Assembly (NCBI GenBank): GCA_963715195.1
Contig: CAVQRT010000007.1
Span: forward strand, 1-64,000
DNA: 64,000 nucleotides
Reading direction: 5' to 3'
Source: Thermodesulfovibrionales bacterium
Lineage (GTDB): Bacteria > Nitrospirota > Thermodesulfovibrionia > Thermodesulfovibrionales > SM23-35
Shown here: positions 53,110 to 62,278 of the stretch, in pieces
How the letters are laid out: every line of letters begins with the position of its first letter
Numbering within the stretch: the first letter of the stretch is position 1
Program-made: the position numbers and the translations under genes
The notes under the pieces: model-generated
Database searches by the model: none
What the model was told of the DNA's origin: nothing
What the model saw: only the letters and a program-made list of their open reading frames with translations

Positions 53110-55140
53110 GTGAACCAGATAAAAACTGATTATATTTTTGTAAAACCGGGGATGTCTCCCGGAGAGATCGTTCAGGCGGTCCGATCGCTGAACGGTGTCT
53201 GCTTTACCTCTGTGGGAATGCGTGATGCAGGCCAGTCTGATTATAAAAACAGACACCGCATTCATGACCTCGCAACCCTTGCACCGTATTACAACAGGAT
53301 GGGGCTCTTCAGTTCGGAATGTCACGGCGGTGCCCGATGGCATGTCGGGGTCATGAACAGGCGGGAAAGTCCTTTTGAAGAGATAGAAATACTCAGGCAG
53401 CAGATGCCGGATGTTCTTCTTCAGACTCTCATCCGTGAGACGAATATGTGGGGATACCGGCCGTACCCCAGGAATGTGATTGAATATGTTGTTTCTCAGG
53501 TTGATATCGATGTCTGGCGATGTTTTTCTTTTCTGAATGATGTGAGAAACATGCGTACCGTTGCGGAAGTTATCATGAAGCGCGGTAAGCTCTTTCAGCC
53601 GGCGATATCCTTTACCATGGCGGACTGGGCAACAAACGCCTATTACCTTGATGTGGTAAAGGAGATTGTCGATCTTTGCAGCGGGACCAACGAAATAATC
53701 TTCTGTGTAAAGGATATGGCGGGGGTCGGCAGCATCAACCGGGTCAGTAGCCTGATCGACGCGATAAAGCAGAAGTATCCGGAACTGGTCGTGCATTATC
53801 ACAGGCACATTACCGACGGGCTGGCGATGCCGGCGATGCTCGCAGCTGCAAAGGCGGGAGCAAAAATATTTGATGTGGAAGAGGATTCGCTTGTCCGGTT
53901 TTACGGTCATTCACCGATACTTGGCGTGCACGCTTATTTCGAGGATGCCGGGATACCGGTAAACCTGAACAGATCCGAGGCTGAAGCGGCAGTCCGGAAA
54001 GTGCGGGAGTGGATTAATTTCTACGAGTGGGCTGAATCGCCTTTCAAGGGATTCGACCACACCGTTATTGTTCACAAGATGCCTGGAGGCGCATTCCCGA
54101 GCTCGTTTGAACAGGCCGAAAAGGGAGGTTTCCTCCACTATATGCCTGCTATTCTAAAGGTGATGTCCCTGTATAACAAAATCATCCATTATTTCGATGT
54201 GACGCCAGGATCACAGATTACCTGGGTTACCTGCAGCGGAATCGTGAATAAATACGCGAAAGCCAAGGGCGAGGCCGGAGTCAGGCATCTGATCAGACTC
54301 CTGACGAAATTCATCGACGAAAAGCATCTGGATTTTGAATCGATGGACAATGATGAACAGGAAGAACTGCTCGGGTTCTTCCGGAATGCGCCGGGTGATT
54401 TCAGGAATCTCATCCTCGGCCATTATGGGAAACTCCCCATGGGATGGCCCCCGGACTGGGTTTACAGGAGTACCTTTGGCGATGAGTGGGAGAAGAAGAT
54501 CGGAGAACGCACCGAACTCTCTCCGCTTGATTCGATTCAGGATGACGACCTGGATAAACTCCGTCAGGAACTCATCACGTTTCTCGGAAGAAATCCAACG
54601 GAAGAAGAATTTATTCTCTTCCTCATGCATCCGAAAGATGCTCTGAATATGATCGAATTCCGGGAGAAATACGGTGAGGCGCCGCTTGTTCTCCCAACCA
54701 GTGTCTGGAGGGAGGGACTGAAAAAGCCCGGAGACAAAGTTGATTTCGAGCTCTGGGGGAAACCCTACAGCATCGAACTCGTCTCTGTGGGAGCGGAGCA
54801 TGAGGGACTGGTTCACGTCGTCATGCGTGTCAACAATAAGACCAGGGTGTATTCTGTTGAGACACCGAGAGCAAAGAAAGTTGAAATCAGAATGGCAAAA
54901 ACGGCTAATGAAATCGGGGCGCCGATCAATGGCAACATCTGGAGGATCGGCAATCCCGAGCGGGGCGCTCTGAAGGTCGGCGATATCGTTCACAAGGATG
55001 AGGAGATTGCAAATCTTGAAGCGATGAAGATGGAAAACGCAATTGTAGCTCCATTCGATGCCCAGATAACAGAAATCTGCGTTAAACTAAACAGCTTCGT
55101 TATTGAAGGCCAGCTCCTCTTTGTTCTCGAAAAGACGTAA
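53110..55140 (+). CDS. pycB: Carboxyltransferase plus biotin-carrier subunit of a pyruvate (2-oxoacid) carboxylase
   Basis: RDAGQS, KDMAG, HxH, MPGG, VTP.S, EAMKME biotinylation motif. Confidence 0.8.
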   Translation: MNQIKTDYIFVKPGMSPGEIVQAVRSLNGVCFTSVGMRDAGQSDYKNRHRIHDLATLAPYYNRMGLFSSECHGGARWHVGVMNRRESPFEEIEILRQQMPDVLLQTLIRETNMWGYRPYPRNVIEYVVSQVDIDVWRCFSFLNDVRNMRTVAEVIMKRGKLFQPAISFTMADWATNAYYLDVVKEIVDLCSGTNEIIFCVKDMAGVGSINRVSSLIDAIKQKYPELVVHYHRHITDGLAMPAMLAAAKAGAKIFDVEEDSLVRFYGHSPILGVHAYFEDAGIPVNLNRSEAEAAVRKVREWINFYEWAESPFKGFDHTVIVHKMPGGAFPSSFEQAEKGGFLHYMPAILKVMSLYNKIIHYFDVTPGSQITWVTCSGIVNKYAKAKGEAGVRHLIRLLTKFIDEKHLDFESMDNDEQEELLGFFRNAPGDFRNLILGHYGKLPMGWPPDWVYRSTFGDEWEKKIGERTELSPLDSIQDDDLDKLRQELITFLGRNPTEEEFILFLMHPKDALNMIEFREKYGEAPLVLPTSVWREGLKKPGDKVDFELWGKPYSIELVSVGAEHEGLVHVVMRVNNKTRVYSVETPRAKKVEIRMAKTANEIGAPINGNIWRIGNPERGALKVGDIVHKDEEIANLEAMKMENAIVAPFDAQITEICVKLNSFVIEGQLLFVLEKT

Positions 55141-55200
55141 TCCTTTGCACAAGAATACCTTGCCATAGCAGACCATATGTAAAAACCTCGTATGTTTCAA

Positions 55201-55300
55201 TCCCGCTTGCCGGGACCTTTTTTTATTAGTGAAGAAGGATTTCTCTCCTTGATCTGCATGACTGCGGACCTGAGGCGACCGGCAAAGCGAGAATGACTGA
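55201..55300. repeat. Terminator hairpin / REP-like palindromic element after pycB
   Basis: TCCCGCTTGCCGGGA followed by a T-run; distal end CCGGCAAAGCGAGAATGAC is roughly complementary. Confidence 0.45.
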
Positions 55301-55363
55301 ACTGAAGATATTTATACTATTGAAGTTCTTGAATATATTGAGGATAATGATTTTGGATCCATT

Positions 55364-58123
55364 ATGAACTGGCATCAGAAGAACCTTGAAGAAGTATTTC
55401 ACGAACTGCAATCATCTCCTCAGGGAATTACTGAGCAAGAGGCCCGTTTACGCCTGCAACGCTTCGGTCCCAATGTCCTGAAGGAAAAAAAGAAAAAAAC
55501 ACTCTTCATGATATTCCTTGACCAGTTCAGGGACTTCATGATACTCGTTCTCATCGGCGCTGCAGTCATATCAGGGATTATCGGTGAGCTGTCCGACACA
55601 ATCGCGATTATCGTGATTGTGTCCCTCAATGCTGTTATAGGATTCATCCAGGAGTACAGGGCTGAAAAAGCAATGGCTGCGCTCAAGAAAATGGCCGCAC
55701 CCTATGCGACAGTCATACGTCAGGGGAGGCCGGGTGATATCGTGTCGTCCGGACTCGTTCCCGGAGACATGATTCTGCTCGAGGCGGGGAATATTGTTCC
55801 AGCCGACATACGATTGACAGAAGTTGCACAGCTCAAGCTTGAAGAGGCTGCGCTGACAGGTGAGTCTGTCTCTGTAGAAAAAAATACCGGAATCCTCACT
55901 GAAGGAGAAATTCCCCTCGGGGACAGAAGAAACATGGTGTATAAAGGCACGATGGTTTCGTATGGAAGGGGGGGAGGCATTGTTGTTTCGACCGGGATGA
56001 ATACGGAGATCGGAAAAATTGCCACGATGCTCCAGGAAGAAGAGGAGGTCAGGACACCACTCCAGAAAAGACTTGCTGCATTCGGAAAAAGACTTGCCGT
56101 CGCTGTTATTGCAATCTGCGCAATAATTTTCGGGATAGGGATAATGCGCGGTGAACCGCCTCTTCTCATGCTGCTTACCGCGATATCACTTGCAGTTGCA
56201 GCAATTCCGGAAGCGCTTCCGGCGGTTGTAACCATATCACTCGCAATAGGTGCGAAGAAGATGGTTAAACAGCATGCCCTGATCCGGAAGCTTCCTGCAG
56301 TTGAAACCCTCGGTTCTGTTACCTATATATGCTCCGATAAGACCGGTACGCTGACACAGAATAAAATGACGGTGACAGAGATTTATATAGACGGGAAAAC
56401 AATTAAGGATTCAAGGATTCTCGCCTCGGCGAGTCGCGTGGGGCAACAAGGATTGGAGGGTCCAAGTGTATATGAGACAGGCCCGTTTGTTATGAATCCG
56501 TATAGCTCGATCATGACAGCGATGGCATTGAACAATGATGTCATGCTGGTCAAGGAAGGAGGGGTCATTGGTGATCCAACAGAAGTCGCCCTCTTCACCG
56601 CAGCAAAAGACGCGGATTTCGATAAGGAAACGATGATCAAAGCGTTTCCGCGGGTGGCAGAGATACCTTTTGACTCTGAACGGAAATGCATGACGACGAT
56701 TCATGAGGATTCAGGGATTCGAGGATCCCTGGAATCAGGAGGTCAATTCAATAATAGTAATGCTTCCTTACCATCTTTTAGTAAAAGCGGGGAGGGGGGG
56801 GTTGTCATTTTTACAAAGGGTGCTATTGATGCTCTCCTGAGCAAGGCTTCTGGTGTTTTGACGGCAGATGGCAGGAAGCCGGTCGATGTTCAGGAGATTA
56901 TGGCGATCAACGACAGAATGGCATCTGAAGGCCTGAGGATCATCGGATTTGCCATGAGAGAGCTTGCAACGCTTCCGGAGAATATTACTCCCGAATCGGT
57001 CGAGACAGACTTAACGATTATAGGGCTTGTGGGCATGATGGATCCACCCCGCGAAGAGGCGAGGGAATCCGTGGCATCATGCAAGACGGCCGGAATACGT
57101 CCTGTGATGATTACCGGTGATCATCCGATTACGGCACGGGCAATAGCAAAAAGTCTTGGAATTCTCGAGGATGGTTCGAAGTCGATAATGACGGGAAGAA
57201 AGCTTCAGGAACTTTCCATGGATGAATTTGAGGAAAGGGTAGAAAAAATACGGGTATACGCCCGCGTATCGCCAGACCAAAAACTGAAGATCATCAAGGC
57301 CCTGCAGGATAAAGGACAGTTTGTTGCCATGACCGGTGACGGCGTCAATGACGCGCCTGCCCTCAAGAGGGCGAATATCGGCGTTGCGATGGGGATTACC
57401 GGTACTGATGTTGCCAAGGAAGCATCACATATGATACTGCTCGACGATAATTTTGCTACGATCGTCCGCGCTGTGAACGGGGGCAGGCGTATCTTTGACA
57501 ATATCCGCAAATTTATCCGCTACACGATGACGAGCAATTCCGGAGAGATCTGGACTATTTTTCTTGCTCCCTTTTTTGGCCTGCCGATTCCGCTTCTGCC
57601 CATCCATATTCTGTGGATCAATCTTGTGACAGACGGCTTGCCCGGACTAGCTCTCGCTGCTGAACCTGCCGAAAAAAATATCATGAAGCGACCACCCCGT
57701 GATCCGCAGGAGAATATTTTTACCGGCATGTGGCCCCAGATTCTCTGGGTTGGACTTCTCATGGGTGTCGTGTCGATTTTCACGCAGGCATGGGCGATCA
57801 AATCGAATATCGGCCACTGGCAGACCATGGTATTTACGGTATTGTGTTTAAGCCAGATGGGAAATGTCCTTGCAATTCGTTCAGAGACGGAATCATTCTT
57901 CTCGCAGGGATTGGTTTCGAACAAACCGCTTGTCGGTGCTTTCCTGCTGACCGTCATGCTGCAAATGGCAACGGTCTATGTGCCGTTCCTGAACCCGATA
58001 TTCAAAACCCAGCCGCTGAACGTTTATGAACTGGTGATAACTCTTGGCTTATCATCGATCGTTTTCATTGCGGTCGAGGCAGAGAAGATGCTGAAGAGGC
58101 GGAAAAGCCGAAGTAACCTCTGA
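55364..58123 (+). CDS. P-type ATPase, type IIA (Ca2+-translocating family)
   Basis: LTGES, IPEAL, DKTGTLT, KGA, TGD, GDGVNDAP, WINLVTDG. Confidence 0.93.
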   Translation: MNWHQKNLEEVFHELQSSPQGITEQEARLRLQRFGPNVLKEKKKKTLFMIFLDQFRDFMILVLIGAAVISGIIGELSDTIAIIVIVSLNAVIGFIQEYRAEKAMAALKKMAAPYATVIRQGRPGDIVSSGLVPGDMILLEAGNIVPADIRLTEVAQLKLEEAALTGESVSVEKNTGILTEGEIPLGDRRNMVYKGTMVSYGRGGGIVVSTGMNTEIGKIATMLQEEEEVRTPLQKRLAAFGKRLAVAVIAICAIIFGIGIMRGEPPLLMLLTAISLAVAAIPEALPAVVTISLAIGAKKMVKQHALIRKLPAVETLGSVTYICSDKTGTLTQNKMTVTEIYIDGKTIKDSRILASASRVGQQGLEGPSVYETGPFVMNPYSSIMTAMALNNDVMLVKEGGVIGDPTEVALFTAAKDADFDKETMIKAFPRVAEIPFDSERKCMTTIHEDSGIRGSLESGGQFNNSNASLPSFSKSGEGGVVIFTKGAIDALLSKASGVLTADGRKPVDVQEIMAINDRMASEGLRIIGFAMRELATLPENITPESVETDLTIIGLVGMMDPPREEARESVASCKTAGIRPVMITGDHPITARAIAKSLGILEDGSKSIMTGRKLQELSMDEFEERVEKIRVYARVSPDQKLKIIKALQDKGQFVAMTGDGVNDAPALKRANIGVAMGITGTDVAKEASHMILLDDNFATIVRAVNGGRRIFDNIRKFIRYTMTSNSGEIWTIFLAPFFGLPIPLLPIHILWINLVTDGLPGLALAAEPAEKNIMKRPPRDPQENIFTGMWPQILWVGLLMGVVSIFTQAWAIKSNIGHWQTMVFTVLCLSQMGNVLAIRSETESFFSQGLVSNKPLVGAFLLTVMLQMATVYVPFLNPIFKTQPLNVYELVITLGLSSIVFIAVEAEKMLKRRKSRSNL

Positions 58124-58125
58124 TG

Positions 58126-58192
58126 AAAAAGCTTGTCTTCACGGCGAGTCGCCTGGGGCGAGACGCCTTCGCGGGAATGACAGCCTTTTCAG
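58126..58192. repeat. REP-like palindromic element after the ATPase
   Basis: GAAAAAGCTTGTC...GCGGGAATGACAGCCTTTTC inverted ends with a GC-rich palindromic core. Confidence 0.5.
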
Positions 58193-58334
58193 GAAACCTT
58201 ACTGAGTGGACAGACTCTGTCAAAGTTCTGAAAAGTGAATTTACCTGTATCGGAGAGATCTCATTTTCTCACCGATTGCCATTAGGGGATTATCATTCAC
58301 GTTTGGGTGACAGTTGCCGCCGGTTAATGATTCA

Positions 58335-59432
58335 ATGAAAAAGCTCGAAGGGATACACGGCCTCCGAGGATGTGGGGCAATATTCGTAGTCCTCTTTCAT
58401 CTGCGAGCAATACCCAAAATTGTTCTTCCCGCTCCCTTGATGGGGATTGTGGAGCATTTTTACCTGAGTGTTTTATTTTTTTTCGTATTGAGCGCGTTTA
58501 CACTTTGCCACTCTGATCGCCTTGCCCCATCAACATACACAGCATACATGACACGGAGATTCTTTCGCGTAGCACCGTTGTTTTATATAATGGTTGCCTG
58601 GCAATTATACCGCACTGGCATTCCTGAAGCTTATGCTCTTTTGGCCAATGTGACATTTACGTTCAATCTGATTCCAGGGTTGGAACCCAGTCTTGTGTGG
58701 GCAGGATGGGCAGTTGGAGTGGAGATGCTCTTTTATGTCATACTTCCTGCGATTATTTTTGTATGTCGTGGACCTTGGACCTCGATCCTGGGATACGGTA
58801 CCGCAATGATATGTAGTATTGTTCTGTGGAAATTGTTTGAATCAAATCCGAACTTACCAGAGCACTACGCTTACTATTTTATCGGATCGAACCTAGCAAT
58901 TTTCTTGGCAGGAATTTTTGCGTATCGAGTTTTCGTGGTCATCACTAACAGGAAATCACGATGGTATAAACTGTTGTTGCCGATTGTCTGCGTGCCCACG
59001 ATAGTGGCAGTCTATTTGGATCCGATAAATCTGCATTACCGCGCCAGTGGTGCTTACTTTGCTTTTTGGGGAATGGCGTTCGCTTTGCTTGTCCTGTGGC
59101 AGGCGGCATTCCCATCGAGAATCATGCGAACCAAAGCTTTCCAATGGCTTGGTGATAGAAGCTATAGCATTTATCTCTTTCATCCGATTGTTATTGTGTT
59201 GAGCCGCCCACTCTATTCAGCAATTGAACGTAATGCGGGACTTAGCGGTGGTTCTCTCTTTCTCGCCTGTGCTGTGTTGACATTTCCTGTATTGTTTGTT
59301 ACGGCAGAAATGTCATACCGCCTTGTCGAGGTTCCGGGTATTCGACTCGGAAGAAAGATCGCAAGGAAGTTCGATAAAAATAGGCAGCAAAGGCGCACTG
59401 AAGTCTACCCAGGGACATTTTCTGCGCAATGA
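58335..59432 (+). CDS. Acyltransferase family 3 (O-acyltransferase, OafA-like)
   Basis: I.GLRG....VV..H, FFVLSAF, RRFFRV.P, W....E..FY, LG..SYSIYL.H, SY..VE. Confidence 0.88.
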   Translation: MKKLEGIHGLRGCGAIFVVLFHLRAIPKIVLPAPLMGIVEHFYLSVLFFFVLSAFTLCHSDRLAPSTYTAYMTRRFFRVAPLFYIMVAWQLYRTGIPEAYALLANVTFTFNLIPGLEPSLVWAGWAVGVEMLFYVILPAIIFVCRGPWTSILGYGTAMICSIVLWKLFESNPNLPEHYAYYFIGSNLAIFLAGIFAYRVFVVITNRKSRWYKLLLPIVCVPTIVAVYLDPINLHYRASGAYFAFWGMAFALLVLWQAAFPSRIMRTKAFQWLGDRSYSIYLFHPIVIVLSRPLYSAIERNAGLSGGSLFLACAVLTFPVLFVTAEMSYRLVEVPGIRLGRKIARKFDKNRQQRRTEVYPGTFSAQ

Positions 59433-59818
59433 ATCAGAGGAACCTGCTATCGGTGCTACAGGGTATTTGATTCGGGTGAAGCAAATACGTTAAAGGCGTC
59501 TGATGAACCGCTCTTGCGGGTGAACATGTGGGCACCGAGTCCCGCGCTCTATCCCTTAAACGCATCCGTCATTGAATGATTTCAAATGAAATCCTTATAA
59601 GGCCTCTGTTTCTTTTATGACTTTTCATTCAGTTTACCGTTGCTGAGCGTGCACCCAGACAATACATTATAGAATTATTCAGAGGCAGTACAAGTCATTC
59701 TTTTTGATGTGATGTGCATAAAATCATAATGTATTTATATCGGACCGTCATTTTATCTGTTACAATGATTGTCGAGACATTCGAAAAATGGAGATGAATA
59801 TGGAAGGAACCTTTTGAT

Positions 59819-60055
59819 ATGCTCGTGCTGCGCTGTGCCGCATGCCGCAGAAAACTCTGGCGGTATGACAAAGTTGGAAAGGGGGAACTGTTGAGATGCC
59901 ACAAGGAAAGGATCGTTAGAGACTATGGCCACTGTTCGGCAGACGGAAACAGAATCAATTGCTTATGCGGCAACAGCGTCGGCATCGATAAGGGCGGTTA
60001 CTATAAGATGATCGACCGGGCGTTTATATATGCTGGTACGAAAAGGAATGCCTGA
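59819..60055 (+). CDS. Small zinc-binding hypothetical protein
   Basis: CAAC...RCH...CLC; AAGGA RBS. Confidence 0.6.
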   Translation: MLVLRCAACRRKLWRYDKVGKGELLRCHKERIVRDYGHCSADGNRINCLCGNSVGIDKGGYYKMIDRAFIYAGTKRNA

Positions 60056-60130
60056 CATATCGATTCAAAAGCAACGGTGAAAGACATATGAAGACTGTTG
60101 TTCAGTCAGTCATCATCAGCAATAAATCTG

Positions 60131-61501
60131 TTAGGGCTGCTCTCTCTCGTCCGACTGAGGGATGATGAAGAAGAAGTTGTTCCCGTACTGTGTAGGTTCA
60201 TAACCAACAATTCCGCCATGGATTTCGACAGCATTCTTTATGAAGGTCAGGCCGTGTCCGGTACCCGGTCTTCCCAACGCATCTTTTGCGCGATACCCCT
60301 CCTCGAAAATATTCCTTTGCTCATCATGAGGAATATGAGGTCCGGTGCTGAATATATTGTACTTAAATCCATCCCTGCCCTGCCCAAAAAAATCTTTCAG
60401 CTGTTCCCGGCCGTAAGATATATACTTCTTGCGTTCTTCGGAATCGGTTATGATTTCCTGGGTATATTTAAGAGCGTTCGAAAAAAAGTTAGCGTAGACC
60501 TGGGCGATCAATCCAACGTCCACAACACTGATAATGTCTTCATCCGGGATCCCGCTTAAGCGATCGTCTATGGCGATTCCCGCCTTCTGAAAGCGCTCCA
60601 AATACCGTTCCAGCTGAGGTTGAACGACATCCTTTTTCATATGACATGACTTTGTGCGAAGGGTAAGCTTTCCGTGGTCGAAGTGATCTCTCCTGAACAG
60701 GGTTTCAAGAAACAGGCTCATGTTCTTGTAGTGTTTTTCGATATTTTCCAGTTCTTCGGTCAGCCCCATATTGACTTCCTTCATTTCCTTCAGAAGCTCT
60801 TTCACTGCGATTTCAAGTGCCGGTGTGCATATGCTCTCCTGAGCGAGAAGGCTCTCTATTTCTATATTTTTTGAAACCTTCCCTTTCAGTCTTCTCAGAA
60901 ACAGCTTGTAGATTATATTCGGGACGATGACGTTATGCTCGATGTCGGCAACGAGTGTACGGATGAACTTCAGGTGTTCAACATTTTTTTCTGCGAGAAA
61001 TTTATTGTGGAGGTTGAACCCAATACGGTTGGCATATTTCTCAAAAAACAGTTCGGCGTGTTCATTGCGGGCTGTGACAGGAAATACTTCCAGGAACCCC
61101 AGGACATTGTCCTGGGTATGAAACGGCAACGGCAACTGTTCAACAAGGATTTTTTTTCCGCGGATTGGCAATATAAGGCTTCCATTCGCATAATAGGGAA
61201 CTTCAGCAGACTCTTCGCTTTCCGGTGAGGGAAGACTTACATTTTTGTTTCCGTTATCAGTTCTTGTGATGAGTTGCAGAGTGTTTGACTGAAAATCCCT
61301 GAGATACAGGCGGGCACCAAAGTTAAAAAAGCTCCTGGGAATGGCGATACAGAGATGATAGTAATCATCCATATCATCAAACTCCTGGGCAAGGTCAAAA
61401 AAGGTCATCAACGCGCTATATTCCATGTGAGAGAGGTCATAGCGCTCGTAGTCCTGTTTCTTTACTTCTATCCTGTCAAATATCTTCTTAAGTGTGGTCA
61501 T
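60131..61501 (-). CDS. Cytoplasmic sensor histidine kinase-like protein (atypical H-box)
   Basis: N-box NFFSNALKY, F-box IFEEGYR, G2 GTGHGL, AVEIHGG. Confidence 0.8.
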   Translation of the reverse strand: MTTLKKIFDRIEVKKQDYERYDLSHMEYSALMTFFDLAQEFDDMDDYYHLCIAIPRSFFNFGARLYLRDFQSNTLQLITRTDNGNKNVSLPSPESEESAEVPYYANGSLILPIRGKKILVEQLPLPFHTQDNVLGFLEVFPVTARNEHAELFFEKYANRIGFNLHNKFLAEKNVEHLKFIRTLVADIEHNVIVPNIIYKLFLRRLKGKVSKNIEIESLLAQESICTPALEIAVKELLKEMKEVNMGLTEELENIEKHYKNMSLFLETLFRRDHFDHGKLTLRTKSCHMKKDVVQPQLERYLERFQKAGIAIDDRLSGIPDEDIISVVDVGLIAQVYANFFSNALKYTQEIITDSEERKKYISYGREQLKDFFGQGRDGFKYNIFSTGPHIPHDEQRNIFEEGYRAKDALGRPGTGHGLTFIKNAVEIHGGIVGYEPTQYGNNFFFIIPQSDEREQP

Positions 61502-61562
61502 TGTATCGCTGTCACGAATAAATCAGTAGCATCCACAAGGTTGTGCTGAGCTCCTGTGATGT

Positions 61563-62183
61563 TCACTCGATAATTAAATCCTGTATGGTAAGCCTCTTCC
61601 GTGGCGGTGGGGATTCGTCGGGATATCCGATCGGAAGCAGTGCAACAACAAACAAGTTATCGTCCCATCCAAAGATCTCTCTAACCTTCTGCTCGTCAAT
61701 AAGCCTGACCCAGCATGTGCCCAAGCCGAAATCCAGGGCTCTGAGGGCGATATGCTCAACAGCGATGGCAACATTGAATGCCATCCGTGCACCAAGCTGT
61801 TCCTTGCTCATGAGTTTCATCTGGGTTTCCATCTGGCCGGTTCTCCTGAGAAGGATTTTTACAATCCTGTCGTCGATCGCCCCTGTTTGTCCGAGATCCT
61901 GAACCCCCGAAGCGGTCCCCTGAAGATACCCCCGCACATCCGCGCAGCACACGAGAACAACCGATGCCTGTGAAATGAAAGATTGTTCATATGCAGCGTG
62001 TGCGAGTTTCCCTTTTGTGTCATCGTCCCTCACTACCTTGAAGCGCCAGGGCTGGGCATTACAGCCTGACGGAGCTAACCTTGCAGCATCGAGCAGGGCG
62101 GTAATATGTTCATCCGGGACAGGATCCGGCTTAAATTTCCGGATGCTCCGTCTTTTTTCGATCGCCTCTTTTGTGGTGAACAT
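61563..62183 (-). CDS. Nitroreductase family protein
   Basis: RRSIRKF, APSGCNAQPW, GLGTCW, LPIGYP. Confidence 0.92.
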   Translation of the reverse strand: MFTTKEAIEKRRSIRKFKPDPVPDEHITALLDAARLAPSGCNAQPWRFKVVRDDDTKGKLAHAAYEQSFISQASVVLVCCADVRGYLQGTASGVQDLGQTGAIDDRIVKILLRRTGQMETQMKLMSKEQLGARMAFNVAIAVEHIALRALDFGLGTCWVRLIDEQKVREIFGWDDNLFVVALLPIGYPDESPPPRKRLTIQDLIIE

Positions 62184-62223
62184 GGATTTGTCGGACTACG
62201 GAGTATTATAACTAAAGATATGA

Positions 62224-62274
62224 ACAATAGGTAAAACAGGGGATCGTATATGTTTCCCCTGTTTTACCTATTGT
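62224..62274. terminator. Long hairpin downstream of ctpA
   Basis: ACAATAGGTAAAACAGGGGA / TCCCCTGTTTTACCTATTGT, ~20-bp perfect inverted repeat. Confidence 0.65.
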
Positions 62275-62278
62275 CTGC

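Noticed and set aside
53014..54993. Long antisense ORFs (298 and 260 aa) opposite pycB, and similar ones opposite glgP, trkH and glnA
   Set aside because: No recognisable motifs; typical reverse-frame shadows of real genes
55141..55363. Possible yybP-ykoY riboswitch upstream of the P-type ATPase
   Set aside because: No GGGGAGUA-type core; the structure is explained by a terminator/REP-like element
59431..59496. Integron attC site after the acyltransferase
   Set aside because: GTTAAAG is not a proper GTTRRRY core, there is no matching RYYYAAC, and no integrase is present
59530..59542. GGCACCGAGTC resembling a Cas9 tracrRNA 3' hairpin
   Set aside because: Short match only; no anti-repeat, array or cas9
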